A stretch of DNA of 64,000 nt, taken from the NCBI GenBank assembly GCA_963741955.1, contig CAVUKB010000010.1:224001-288000 (forward strand). Reading direction: 5' to 3'. Each line of letters begins with the position of its first letter. The first letter of the stretch is position 1. This document shows positions 20,921-30,021 of this stretch, piece after piece. The stretch comes from an uncultured Acidobacteriota bacterium (GTDB lineage: Bacteria > Acidobacteriota > Thermoanaerobaculia > Gp7-AA8). The notes below the pieces were generated by a model. The model did no database searches. It was given only the letters and a program-made list of their open reading frames with translations, and was not told the origin of the DNA. The position numbers and the translations under genes are program-made.

Positions 20921-21544
20921 ATGCGTAAATGGATCGTTCTCGCAGTCTTTCTTTTCCCCAGCCTCGTCTGGGCCCAGTCGGCGAAGTTCGAAGTGACGCC
21001 GTTCGGCGGGTACCGGTGGGGTGGCACCATCACCACCTACGATACGAATCTGTTCGGTACCGATGTCGACGTGAAGGACAGCGGCGCATACGGCGTCCTG
21101 CTCGGCGTCCCGATCGGATACAACGTTCAGTTCGAGCTGATGGCCGATCGCCAGAGCACGTCGCTGCAGACCGGCCACGGCCTCTTCGAGCCGAATCAGA
21201 ATGTGGCCGACATCGACATCACGTACTACCACGCCGGCCTTCTTTACCAGTGGGATACGGCAACGCGCGGTATCCAGCCGTTCATCGTCGGTTCGCTCGG
21301 CGTGGCCGATCTGAACCTCCACGTTCCGGGGGTCTCGAACGAATCGCGTTTCTCGGGGAGTCTGGGCGGGGGAGTGAAGATCGCGGTGAACCGGAACGTC
21401 GGCATCCGTCTCGAGGGGCGCGGGTTCTGGACCAACACCACGGACAACAACCGCGACCACTGCAGTTTCTGCAACGATTACTACAGCTACAACAACGATC
21501 TCTACCAGGGTGAAGTCAGAGTCGGTCTGAGCCTCGGGTTCTGA
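20921..21544 (+). CDS. outer-membrane beta-barrel protein
   Basis: Signal peptide (VWA/Q), alternating beta-strands, C-terminal Phe. Confidence 0.8.
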   Translation: MRKWIVLAVFLFPSLVWAQSAKFEVTPFGGYRWGGTITTYDTNLFGTDVDVKDSGAYGVLLGVPIGYNVQFELMADRQSTSLQTGHGLFEPNQNVADIDITYYHAGLLYQWDTATRGIQPFIVGSLGVADLNLHVPGVSNESRFSGSLGGGVKIAVNRNVGIRLEGRGFWTNTTDNNRDHCSFCNDYYSYNNDLYQGEVRVGLSLGF

Positions 21545-21570
21545 CCGCTCCTCCTCGGTTGGAACTTCGG

Positions 21571-21603
21571 ATGAGCGCCGGTCTCCCGGCGCTCATTTCT
21601 TTT
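21571..21603 (+). terminator. intrinsic terminator
   Basis: ATGAGCGCCGG-tctc-CCGGCGCTCAT followed by TTCTTTT. Confidence 0.75.
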
Positions 21604-22084
21604 GCGCGCTCTTCTCTTCGCCGATCCGTTTCACGACCTCCTTCGCCAGCCCGTTCGGGATGGGGATGGAGAGGTTGTACTGCTCGATCCGCCACTCACC
21701 GTCGATCTTCTGCAGAGCCCCCGACCCGCGGCATTCGCCATACGACGCGCTGTCGAGCATCTCGTCGAACCATGCGGCCGTCCCGTCTTTCGATACCTTG
21801 ACGTGGCGGTCGCGCGGAGTGAACGTCCATCCTTTTCCCTGCGAGAAGTAGGGGTGGGCATAGGCACGGAATTCGTTCTTCGTCCATCGTTCCGTGCCGT
21901 CCGTGCCGAGAAAGACCGCGTCGGGTGCGAGGAGATCGAAATAGCCGGTCTCGTCGGCGACCGATGCGGCGTGGTGGAATGCGTCGAGCGTCGCATCGAT
22001 CCGGGAGATCTCGCTGTTCGGCCGGGCAGCGGCGAGCGGAGCGGCGAGAGTGCAGCAGGCGAGAAGAGCGAGAAGGATCCGCAC
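21593..22084 (-). CDS. SnoaL-like/NTF2 family secreted protein
   Basis: FLGTDGTERW, AWFDEML, RGSG, WRIEQYNLS; GTG start with SD GGAGGT. Confidence 0.82.
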   Translation of the reverse strand: MRILLALLACCTLAAPLAAARPNSEISRIDATLDAFHHAASVADETGYFDLLAPDAVFLGTDGTERWTKNEFRAYAHPYFSQGKGWTFTPRDRHVKVSKDGTAAWFDEMLDSASYGECRGSGALQKIDGEWRIEQYNLSIPIPNGLAKEVVKRIGEEKSAQKK

Positions 22085-22241
22085 GAGAAGTACCTCCGGC
22101 GAGAACGGTAGCACAGGTGATCCGCCCTGCCGCCGGCGGCGTCAACCTCCGATTCCACCGCGGATCCTCTGATCAACCGCGAAGATCAGGTCGTGCACTA
22201 GGAGTCGGCACCGGCGGGAATGAGCTCTCGGATCCGGGATG

Positions 22242-22270
22242 TTGACAGCTGCGAGAGATGCTTCTACTCT
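22242..22270 (+). promoter_or_regulatory. sigma70 promoter of his operon
   Basis: TTGACA (22242-47), 17-bp spacer, TACTCT (22265-70). Confidence 0.8.
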
Positions 22271-22281
22271 CTCGAACCGAC

Positions 22282-22341
22282 ATGACGAATGGTCTCGTGA
22301 TCCGGCGCCACCATAGCCTGCATCATCATCCGATGCTGTAG
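22282..22341 (+). CDS. hisL: his operon leader peptide MTNGLVIRRHHSLHHHPML
   Basis: 19-aa ORF with 5 His codons between the promoter and the attenuator. Confidence 0.85.
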   Translation: MTNGLVIRRHHSLHHHPML

Positions 22342-22453
22342 GGGCCGGACCATCTGCGCCCCGCGGCTGGAAGGGGCGCCTCGAGATCAGACCTCGAATC
22401 CGATTTCAATCCCAGGAGCCTCTTCCCCCCGCGGGAAGAGGCTCTTTCGTTTT
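22341..22453 (+). terminator. his attenuator (antiterminator segments plus terminator)
   Basis: GAGCCTCTTCCC/GGGAAGAGGCTC stem (22416-22444) plus TTTCGTTTT; upstream GGAAGGGGC (22369-77) can pair with its 5' arm. Confidence 0.82.
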
Positions 22454-22485
22454 GCTCGCCGGCGATGCCGGCGGAGGAGATCGAG

Positions 22486-23436
22486 ATGGGGATTGAACTT
22501 GAATTCGAGGAGCGGGCGATCCGGTCATTTCCGGCCGGCGCGCGGGCTCTCCTTCCAGCCGAGGCGCGGAGTCTGCGGCAGCTCGAGTCGAGGATCACCG
22601 GGCGCCTCGAGGCGGGCGGTTTCGAAGAGGTGATCCTTCCGGTGGTCGACTACGTCGATCCGTACCGCGAGTTCACCGACGCCCGTGCGCTCCGTCAGGC
22701 GTACCGTTTCACCGACCGCGAAGGCGATCTCGTCGCGGTCCGCTCCGATTTCACGCCGATGCTGGCGAGAACGCTCGCACCGGTTCTGAGTCAGCTCGCG
22801 CTTCCGCTCCGTCTTTTCTATCGGGGCGACGTGGTTCGTGCCGACGCGCTGGCGCTCGGGCGGACCCGCGAATCGTTCCAGATCGGCGCGGAGCTGGTGG
22901 GCGCAGGCGGTGCGGAGATCGACGCTGCGGTCATCGCCCTGGCGGTCGAGTCGGTGATGGACTGCGGCATCCGCCCGGAGGTGGTCCTTGGCGACGCGTC
23001 CGTGCTCGACGCGATCCTCGCGCCGGTCGAACGGGAGCTCCGGCGAGAGATCGCCACTCTGATCCGCAGCCGGCGGTGGGCGGCACTGGAGCGGTTCCGC
23101 AATGCGATCGAACCGGCGACGCTCGATCTTCTCGAACGTGCGGTCCGCGGCGAGTTGACTCTCGACGCACTCGGATCGTTCCAGGACGGTGCTCTCGCGG
23201 AGCGGTTGAGCAACGTCGTCGAGCGACTGGAGAAGCTGGAGGTCGGCGTCGCGGTCGATGACCTGCTCGACACTTCCAGCTACTACACCGGCATCCGCTT
23301 CCGCCTCTTCGCGGGAGGCGGCCGGACGCTCCTGGGTGGGGGAGGGCGCTATGACGCACTCTACGGGATGTTCGGGAGCGACGCGCCGGCGGTCGGATTT
23401 TCGTTGAATCTCGACGCGCTGGAGGCTTGCCGATGA
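22486..23436 (+). CDS. hisZ: ATP phosphoribosyltransferase regulatory subunit
   Basis: RSDFT, QIGAEL, YYTGIRF, GGGRYD; precedes short hisG. Confidence 0.9.
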   Translation: MGIELEFEERAIRSFPAGARALLPAEARSLRQLESRITGRLEAGGFEEVILPVVDYVDPYREFTDARALRQAYRFTDREGDLVAVRSDFTPMLARTLAPVLSQLALPLRLFYRGDVVRADALALGRTRESFQIGAELVGAGGAEIDAAVIALAVESVMDCGIRPEVVLGDASVLDAILAPVERELRREIATLIRSRRWAALERFRNAIEPATLDLLERAVRGELTLDALGSFQDGALAERLSNVVERLEKLEVGVAVDDLLDTSSYYTGIRFRLFAGGGRTLLGGGGRYDALYGMFGSDAPAVGFSLNLDALEACR

Positions 23437-24086
23437 GCGCGATCCGGATCGCGCTTCCGAAGGGACGTCTCCTCGCTCCTCTTCTCGACGAGTTCCGTGC
23501 GGCGGGTTACGACGTCCCGACCGAGGATGATCTCGCCTCGCGCCGGCTCCTCATCGAACGAGGTGACGTCGAATGGATCCTGGTGAAAGACGGTGACGTC
23601 CCGGTGTACGTCGAAGGAGGAGCAGCGGACGCGGGAGTGGCGGGGCTCGATCAGCTCCTCGAGCAGAAGCCGCGCGTCTTCGAGCCGCTCGACTTCGGTT
23701 TCGGCCGTTGCCGGATGATGCTGATCGGTGCGCCGGGTGTGCGTGGACTCGACCTGAGCCAGCCGCGACGGCTGGCGACGAAGTATCCGCGGCTCTCGCG
23801 CGAGTGGCTCGAGCGGCGCGGACTTCGATTCGAAGTCCTGACCCTCCAGGGATCGGTCGAGCTCGCAGCGGTACTCCGTCTCACGCCGTACGTCATCGAC
23901 CTCGTCGAAACGGGAGGGACGGTCCGAGCCCACGGGCTCGAGCTGATCGAAGTGGTGGAGGAGATCTCTCCGCGACTGATCGTCAACCCGAATGTCTATC
24001 GCAGCCGCCCGACTGTCGTGCGACGCCTGATCCGGAGCCTGGCGGGAGTGAGTGAGGTCGTATCGCGATCGAAGGAGGTCTCATGA
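23433..24086 (+). CDS. hisG: ATP phosphoribosyltransferase, short form
   Basis: IALPKGRL, ATKYP, GSVELA, DLVETGGT. Confidence 0.93.
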   Translation: MSAIRIALPKGRLLAPLLDEFRAAGYDVPTEDDLASRRLLIERGDVEWILVKDGDVPVYVEGGAADAGVAGLDQLLEQKPRVFEPLDFGFGRCRMMLIGAPGVRGLDLSQPRRLATKYPRLSREWLERRGLRFEVLTLQGSVELAAVLRLTPYVIDLVETGGTVRAHGLELIEVVEEISPRLIVNPNVYRSRPTVVRRLIRSLAGVSEVVSRSKEVS

Positions 24087-25375
24087 TTCGTGTGGAAAGC
24101 GAAACGCGAGCGTATTTGCGATGGCTTGCCGCGCTGGAGCGGCGGCGGCGCGTGGAGAACGCGGCGGCCCGTCGCGTCGCGCGAAAAGTGGTCGCGGATG
24201 TGCGGCGAAGGGGAGACGGAGCGGTGTCGGAGCTTCTCGCAGAATTTGACGGAGTGACTCTCGCGCCGGACGCGATCGCGGTGGCGCCGGCGGACGCGAA
24301 GATCGAGTCACGGCTGAGGGCCGCGATCGAGCTCGCCATCGAGCGGGTGAGTGCGTTTCACGCGCCGCAGCGGCCGGAAGGTTACGCCGTCGAGGTCGAT
24401 GGGGCGCAGCTGCGTCACGTCGTCGCACCGCTCGACCGGGTGGGACTCTACGTCCCCGGAGGGCGAGCGGTGTACCTCTCGACGTTGATCATGTGCGCGG
24501 TGCCGGCACGACTGGCGGGCGTCCGATCGATCGTGGTAGCAACCACGCCTGCCGCCGCCGCGCAGCCGGCGTTCCAGTACACCTGCGCGCGACTCGGCAT
24601 CGAGACGATCTACCGCGCCGGCGGGCCGGCGGGCATCGCGGCGATGGCGCTCGGTACGGCTTCGCTCGCCCGAGTCGACAAGATCGCCGGACCCGGGAAT
24701 GCGTACGTCACCGCGGCGAAGCAACTTCTCTTCGGAGAGGTTGGGATCGACATGACCGCCGGACCGAGCGAGATCGCGATCATCGCCGATCAATCCGCCG
24801 AACCGACTCTCGTCGCGGCAGACATGCTGGCCCAGAGCGAGCACGGCGCCGACTCCGCGGCGATCCTCGTCTCCACATCGAAAGAGCTGGCCGGTGCGGT
24901 GGAGCGCGAGATCCGGCGCCGGTTGCCATCCGCGCCGGAAGGATCGGCGGCGCCGGCGTCCATCGAGCGCAACGGGGCGATCGTCCTCACGAAGAGTCTC
25001 GAGGAAGCGGCGTCGGTCGTGAACTGCATCGGACCGGAGCACGTGGAAGTGGTTGCGGAGAACGCCGGTTCCATCGCGGATCTGGTGACGAACTGCGGTG
25101 CGGTGTTCGTCGGCTCTCTCGCCGGAGTCGCCCTTGGCGATTACTCCGCCGGGCCGAACCACGTCCTCCCGACCGGCGGAAGCTCGCGCTTTTTCTCCGT
25201 GCTCGGGGTGTACGACTTCTGCCGCCGCCGCAACGTCAGCAGGATCTCGCCGGAGTATCTCGCCGCGATCGGCGCCGCCGCGGAAGAGCTGGCCCTCTTC
25301 GAGGGTCTCCCGCTCCACGCGGGTTCGGTACGCGAGCGACTCGAAGCCGTCGTGCCTAAGGAGGTGACCCGATGA
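24083..25375 (+). CDS. hisD: histidinol dehydrogenase
   Basis: GLYVPGG, GPGNAYV, AGPSE, QSEH, PEH, GPNHVLPT. Confidence 0.95.
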   Translation: MIRVESETRAYLRWLAALERRRRVENAAARRVARKVVADVRRRGDGAVSELLAEFDGVTLAPDAIAVAPADAKIESRLRAAIELAIERVSAFHAPQRPEGYAVEVDGAQLRHVVAPLDRVGLYVPGGRAVYLSTLIMCAVPARLAGVRSIVVATTPAAAAQPAFQYTCARLGIETIYRAGGPAGIAAMALGTASLARVDKIAGPGNAYVTAAKQLLFGEVGIDMTAGPSEIAIIADQSAEPTLVAADMLAQSEHGADSAAILVSTSKELAGAVEREIRRRLPSAPEGSAAPASIERNGAIVLTKSLEEAASVVNCIGPEHVEVVAENAGSIADLVTNCGAVFVGSLAGVALGDYSAGPNHVLPTGGSSRFFSVLGVYDFCRRRNVSRISPEYLAAIGAAAEELALFEGLPLHAGSVRERLEAVVPKEVTR

Positions 25376-26604
25376 GCAGCTCTCCCTCGAAATCCGCCTC
25401 GTTCGTCCGGGAGGCGATCCGGACGATGTCCGCGTATACCCTGGAACCTCTCCTCGCAGCGGACAAACTGGACCAGAACGAGTCGCCGTGGGATCTCCCT
25501 CCCGGGTTGAAAGAGGAAGTTCTCGCTCGGATCTCGAAGCGGTCGTGGAATCGCTATCCGGAGTTCGGTCTGGATCGGATCCGCGGTGCGGTCGCGTCGT
25601 ACGCGGGAATCGCTCGGGACGAAGTTCTGGTCGGCAACGGATCGAACGAGCTCCTCCTCGCCACGCTGGCGACGTTCGTCGCACCGGGAGCGCCGGTAGT
25701 CCGCGTCGATCCGACCTTCGCGCTGTACGAGAAGATCACCCGGATCATGGGCGGGATCTCGATCCCCGTCGCGGGCGACCCGGCGAGCGGCGTTCTTCCG
25801 GTCGAGGAGATGGTTGCGGCGATCGAGACGTGCGAACGGCCTCCGGTGGTGATCGTCTGCTCACCCAACAATCCCACCGGAGCCTCGCTGAGGGAAGGCC
25901 AGCTCGAGACGCTCCTCGCCACCGGCGCCATGGTGATTCTCGACCGCGCCTATGGCGAGTTCGGCGAGAACCCCGACGCCGTCAGGCCGCGCGAACGCCT
26001 GGTCATTCTCTCGACGTTCTCGAAGGCGTGGGGTCTGGCGGGACTGAGAATCGGCTGGCTCGCAGCGACTCCTGAAAACTGCCGCGAGATCTCGAAGGTG
26101 AAGTTGCCGTACAACCTGAATCTCTTCAGTGAAGAGGCGGCGCTCGTGGCGCTGGAAAATCCTGACCTCGTGCGGGAGCGTACTGCGGCGTTGCGCGCCG
26201 AGCGGGTCCGGCTCAGCGCAGAACTCGGTGCGATGGAAGGCGTCCGGCCGTTTCCGAGCGAAGCGAACTTCATCGCTTTCGAGACCACGATGAATCCGAA
26301 CGAGCTCTATCGCGAGCTCGCATCCCGAGGAACGCTGGTGCGGGACATCTCGGGATATCCCGGCATGTCGCGCGCACTACGCGTCTCCGTCGGGGCGCCG
26401 GAGGAGAACGACCGGTTTCTCGGAGCGTTGAGGGAAGCGATGGCTGCGCATCTGATCGTCAGCAATGGCGGACGGTCGGAACGAATGGAGGACCTCGCAC
26501 TCCCCGGTGAGCGCGAAGCGACGTCGCTCGCGTCATCCGAGCGCGATGCTCCGACCGGAGAGGAGCGGCTGCGTCGAAATTCACGAGGAGAGTCCAATGA
26601 CTGA
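25372..26604 (+). CDS. hisC: histidinol-phosphate aminotransferase
   Basis: KLDQNESP, GNGSNE, PNNPTG, TFSKAWGLAGLRIG. Confidence 0.93.
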   Translation: MSSSPSKSASFVREAIRTMSAYTLEPLLAADKLDQNESPWDLPPGLKEEVLARISKRSWNRYPEFGLDRIRGAVASYAGIARDEVLVGNGSNELLLATLATFVAPGAPVVRVDPTFALYEKITRIMGGISIPVAGDPASGVLPVEEMVAAIETCERPPVVIVCSPNNPTGASLREGQLETLLATGAMVILDRAYGEFGENPDAVRPRERLVILSTFSKAWGLAGLRIGWLAATPENCREISKVKLPYNLNLFSEEAALVALENPDLVRERTAALRAERVRLSAELGAMEGVRPFPSEANFIAFETTMNPNELYRELASRGTLVRDISGYPGMSRALRVSVGAPEENDRFLGALREAMAAHLIVSNGGRSERMEDLALPGEREATSLASSERDAPTGEERLRRNSRGESND

Positions 26605-27208
26605 CATCCCCGGCACCACACGCCGCACGGCGTCGACTACTCGCGTGACGCGTGAGACTTCGGTCGAGATCACTCTCGATCTCGACGGCACGGGCGAGGC
26701 GAAGATCGACACGCCGATCGGCTTTCTCTCCCACATGCTCGACGCGGTGGCGAAACACGGCTGGGTCGATCTCGAGGTGAAGGCGACCGGCGACACCTGG
26801 ATCGACTACCACCACACCGTCGAGGACGTGGCTCTGGTTCTCGGTGAGACGTTCGCGAAAGCGCTCGGCGCGATGCGCGGCATCCGCCGCTTCGGTACCG
26901 CGTACGTACCGATGGACGAAGCGCTTGCCCGGGTGGTGATCGACTTCTCCGGACGCCCGTTCCTCGTCTTCGAGGCCGCAGTCGACCAGGAGATGCTCCT
27001 GGTTCATCGCGACTTTCCGTTCGCCCTGGTGGAGGAGTTCTTCAAGTCGTTCGCGAACCGCTGCCAGTGCAACATCCACGTCGATCTGATCCGCGGCAGG
27101 AACGGTCACCACGCCGCCGAAGCGATCTTCAAGGCGTTCGCGCTGGCGATCCGCGAGGCGAAGGCGGTGGTGAGCGACCAGGTTCCGAGCACGAAAGGAG
27201 TGCTCTGA
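26597..27208 (+). CDS. hisB: imidazoleglycerol-phosphate dehydratase
   Basis: RVTRET, DYHHTVED, PMDEAL, NGHHAAEAIFKAFA, PSTKGVL. Confidence 0.95.
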   Translation: MTDIPGTTRRTASTTRVTRETSVEITLDLDGTGEAKIDTPIGFLSHMLDAVAKHGWVDLEVKATGDTWIDYHHTVEDVALVLGETFAKALGAMRGIRRFGTAYVPMDEALARVVIDFSGRPFLVFEAAVDQEMLLVHRDFPFALVEEFFKSFANRCQCNIHVDLIRGRNGHHAAEAIFKAFALAIREAKAVVSDQVPSTKGVL

Positions 27209-27807
27209 TGAAGACGACTCTCGTCGCGTCACCGGTCGCGAATCTGGCCAACATCGAGAGGGGACTTCGCGCGGTCGGAGCGGACCTGGAGATCACTGCG
27301 GATCCTGCGGCGCTCGCTGCTGCAGAACGGATCGTGCTTCCCGGCGTCGGAAGTTTTCCCTCCGCCATGCAGTGGCTGGCCGGAAGTGGAGTAGCGAATG
27401 CGATTCTCGCCGCCGTATCGCGCGACGCGAAGCTCCTCGGCGTCTGCGTCGGACACCAGCTTCTCTTCGATTCTTCCGAAGAGATGGGTGACACACGCGG
27501 GCTCGGATTGATCGGCGGACGGGTGCGCCGTCTCGCCGGGACACTTCCGGTTCCGCAGATCGGGTGGAACCGGATCGAGACGAATGGTGACCCGCTCTTC
27601 GAAGGGATCGAGTCGGGGACGCCGTTCTACTTCGTGAATTCGTACGTGGCCACCGAGCTCGATCCTTCCAGCTCGATCGCATCGGGCGAGTACGGGGAGC
27701 GCTTCGTTGCCGCAGCGCGAAGGGGTCAGGTCTGCGGCGTGCAGTTTCATCCCGAGAAGTCGTCGTCCGCAGGTCTGCGCGTACTGAGGAACTTCGTATG
27801 GAACTGA
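27208..27807 (+). CDS. hisH: imidazole glycerol phosphate synthase glutaminase subunit
   Basis: LPGVGSF, GVCVGHQ, QFHPEKS; TGATG coupling. Confidence 0.93.
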   Translation: MKTTLVASPVANLANIERGLRAVGADLEITADPAALAAAERIVLPGVGSFPSAMQWLAGSGVANAILAAVSRDAKLLGVCVGHQLLFDSSEEMGDTRGLGLIGGRVRRLAGTLPVPQIGWNRIETNGDPLFEGIESGTPFYFVNSYVATELDPSSSIASGEYGERFVAAARRGQVCGVQFHPEKSSSAGLRVLRNFVWN

Positions 27808-29315
27808 GATCTCCTCGATTCGAAGTGATTCCGTCGATCGACTTGCTCGGCGGGCGGGTGGTCCGTCTCCTGCGCGGGAAGTTCGACGCGGTGACCGACT
27901 ACGGCGATCCGCTCGAGGTGGTGAGCTCGTGGCGAATACCGGCCGGCCGGCGCATTCACGTCGTCGATCTCGAAGGCTCACGCTCGGGAAGTCCGCGGCA
28001 GCTGGACGTCGTACGAGAACTTGCCCGGCGCTTCACGAATCTCCAGGTTGGCGGCGGCATCCGCAGCGCCGCCGACGCACGAGCCTGGATCGATGCCGGG
28101 GCGTCGCGAGTCGTGGTCGGTACCGCGGCGACGGTCTCAGTGCCGCTGTTCCGCGAGATCGTCGCTGCAGCCGGCGCGTCGCGCGTCACTGCCTCGGTCG
28201 ACCTGGCGGAAGGAGAAGTCCGGGTGCGCGGATGGGAAGACGATGGCGCGATCTCACGGCGGACGCTGTTCGCTCGACTGGAAGAGGCGGGAATCGAGGA
28301 AGTTCTCGTCACCGACATCGGTCGTGACGGGACGATGCTCGGTCCCTCGTTCGACCTCTATCGCGCGATCGTGAAAGAGACTTCCCTGAGGGTCATTGGT
28401 TCCGGCGGGGTCGGAGGTTTGCGCGACATCACCGCTCTCGCGCGTGGCGGTGCAGTCACGGGTGTCATCGTCGGTCGTGCGCTTCACGAAGGGGTGGTGA
28501 CGGTGGGCGAGGCCGACGCATCGATCTCTTTCTCCGGAATCCCGAAGCGGATCATTCCCTGTCTCGACGTGCGGGACGGACGCGTGGTCAAGGGGGTGAA
28601 CTTCCGCGGAATTCGCGATGCCGGTGATCCGGTGGACCTCGCGAAGCGGTACGAGATCGAAGGAGCGGACGAGATCGTGATGCTCGACATCTCGGCGACG
28701 CACCGCGAGCATGAGACGAACCTGGAGACGGTCCGGCGGATCGCGGAGTCGCTCTTCATTCCCCTGACGGTCGGAGGAGGGGTGCGCTCGGTGGATGACT
28801 TCCGAAGGCTGCTGCAGCAGGGAGCCGATCGCGTGGCGATCAACTCGGCGGCGGTTGCGGATCCGGCACTGATCGAGCGTTGCGCGTCGGAGTTCGGGGT
28901 CCAGGCGGTGGTTCTCGCCTGTGACGCGCGGGCCGAGCGGAATTCATGGAGAGTGGTGACGCGCAGCGGGACGACCGACGCACCGGTCGATGCCGTCGAA
29001 TGGTGTGCCGAAGTGGAACGGCTCGGTGCGGGAGAGATTCTCCTCACCTCGATCGATCGCGACGGAACGAACCGCGGATTCGATCTCGAGCTCCTGCGGC
29101 GGGTGAGCGCTGCGGTGCGGATCGGCGTCATCGCCTCGGGGGGAGCCGGACGCGTCGACGATTTCCGCTCCGCGATCGAGAGCGGTGGTGCGAGCGCGGT
29201 GCTCGCGGCATCGCTCTTTCACGATGAGAGGATGTCGATCGGAGAGGTGAAAGACTTTCTCGCGAATTCAGGAATTCCGATCAGGGAAAGGGAGGCCTTC
29301 GATGCCCTCGTCTGA
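27798..29315 (+). CDS. hisA/hisF: HisA-HisF fusion protein
   Basis: N-half HisA (IPSIDL, HVVDLEG, QVGGGIR, TDIGRDGT) continuous with C-half HisF (KRIIPCLDV, VKGVNF, TSIDRDGT, ASGGAG). Confidence 0.88.
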   Translation: MELRSPRFEVIPSIDLLGGRVVRLLRGKFDAVTDYGDPLEVVSSWRIPAGRRIHVVDLEGSRSGSPRQLDVVRELARRFTNLQVGGGIRSAADARAWIDAGASRVVVGTAATVSVPLFREIVAAAGASRVTASVDLAEGEVRVRGWEDDGAISRRTLFARLEEAGIEEVLVTDIGRDGTMLGPSFDLYRAIVKETSLRVIGSGGVGGLRDITALARGGAVTGVIVGRALHEGVVTVGEADASISFSGIPKRIIPCLDVRDGRVVKGVNFRGIRDAGDPVDLAKRYEIEGADEIVMLDISATHREHETNLETVRRIAESLFIPLTVGGGVRSVDDFRRLLQQGADRVAINSAAVADPALIERCASEFGVQAVVLACDARAERNSWRVVTRSGTTDAPVDAVEWCAEVERLGAGEILLTSIDRDGTNRGFDLELLRRVSAAVRIGVIASGGAGRVDDFRSAIESGGASAVLAASLFHDERMSIGEVKDFLANSGIPIREREAFDALV

Positions 29316-29916
29316 GCCGCTTGCACTCGATTCTCTGAAGTACGATGAGCGAGGTCTCGTCACCGCCGTGATTCGCGACCGTTCCACCGGCGGGATCCTG
29401 ATGGTCGCCTGGATGAACCGGGACGCGCTCGAGAAGACGCTCGACTCGGGGGAGGTCTGGCTCTGGAGCCGAAGCAGGAAACAGCTCTGGAACAAGGGCG
29501 CGACTTCCGGCAACCGGCAGAAGGTTCTGGCGATCGAGATCGACTGCGATCGCGATACGCTCCTGGTCGACGTCGAGCCCCGCGGAGCGGCCTGTCACGA
29601 GGGGACCTTCTCCTGCTTCGGAGAGCGCGAAGGGGACCGCATCGATCTCGCCGCTCTCTACCGTCTCCTCCTCGAGCGCAAGGAATCCCAGCCTGAAGGT
29701 TCGTACTCGGCGAAGCTCTTCGCCTCGGGGAAAGAGCGCATCGTGAAGAAGATCGGGGAAGAAGCCACGGAAGTGGTGATCGCCGCACTGGCGGAAGGGC
29801 GGGAGCGGGTGGTTTCCGAAGTGGCGGATCTCCTGTTTCACCTGACGGTGCTTCTGGCGAATGAAGGGATTTCGCCGCGGGAGGTGGCGGCGGAGCTGGC
29901 GGCGCGAAGGAAATGA
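29302..29916 (+). CDS. hisIE: phosphoribosyl-AMP cyclohydrolase / phosphoribosyl-ATP pyrophosphatase
   Basis: WNKGATSGN, DCDRD, ACHEG..SCF, KKIGEEATE, EVADLLFH. Confidence 0.95.
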   Translation: MPSSEPLALDSLKYDERGLVTAVIRDRSTGGILMVAWMNRDALEKTLDSGEVWLWSRSRKQLWNKGATSGNRQKVLAIEIDCDRDTLLVDVEPRGAACHEGTFSCFGEREGDRIDLAALYRLLLERKESQPEGSYSAKLFASGKERIVKKIGEEATEVVIAALAEGRERVVSEVADLLFHLTVLLANEGISPREVAAELAARRK

Positions 29917-30021
29917 AGGCGCTTCGGAATGGAGGTGACACGAGCAGAGATCGGACGGGTCGAGGTTCCCGCGCCGCTCGCTGCTTCGTCGATTCGGGGA
30001 TGGAGGCTATGATCTCGGATC

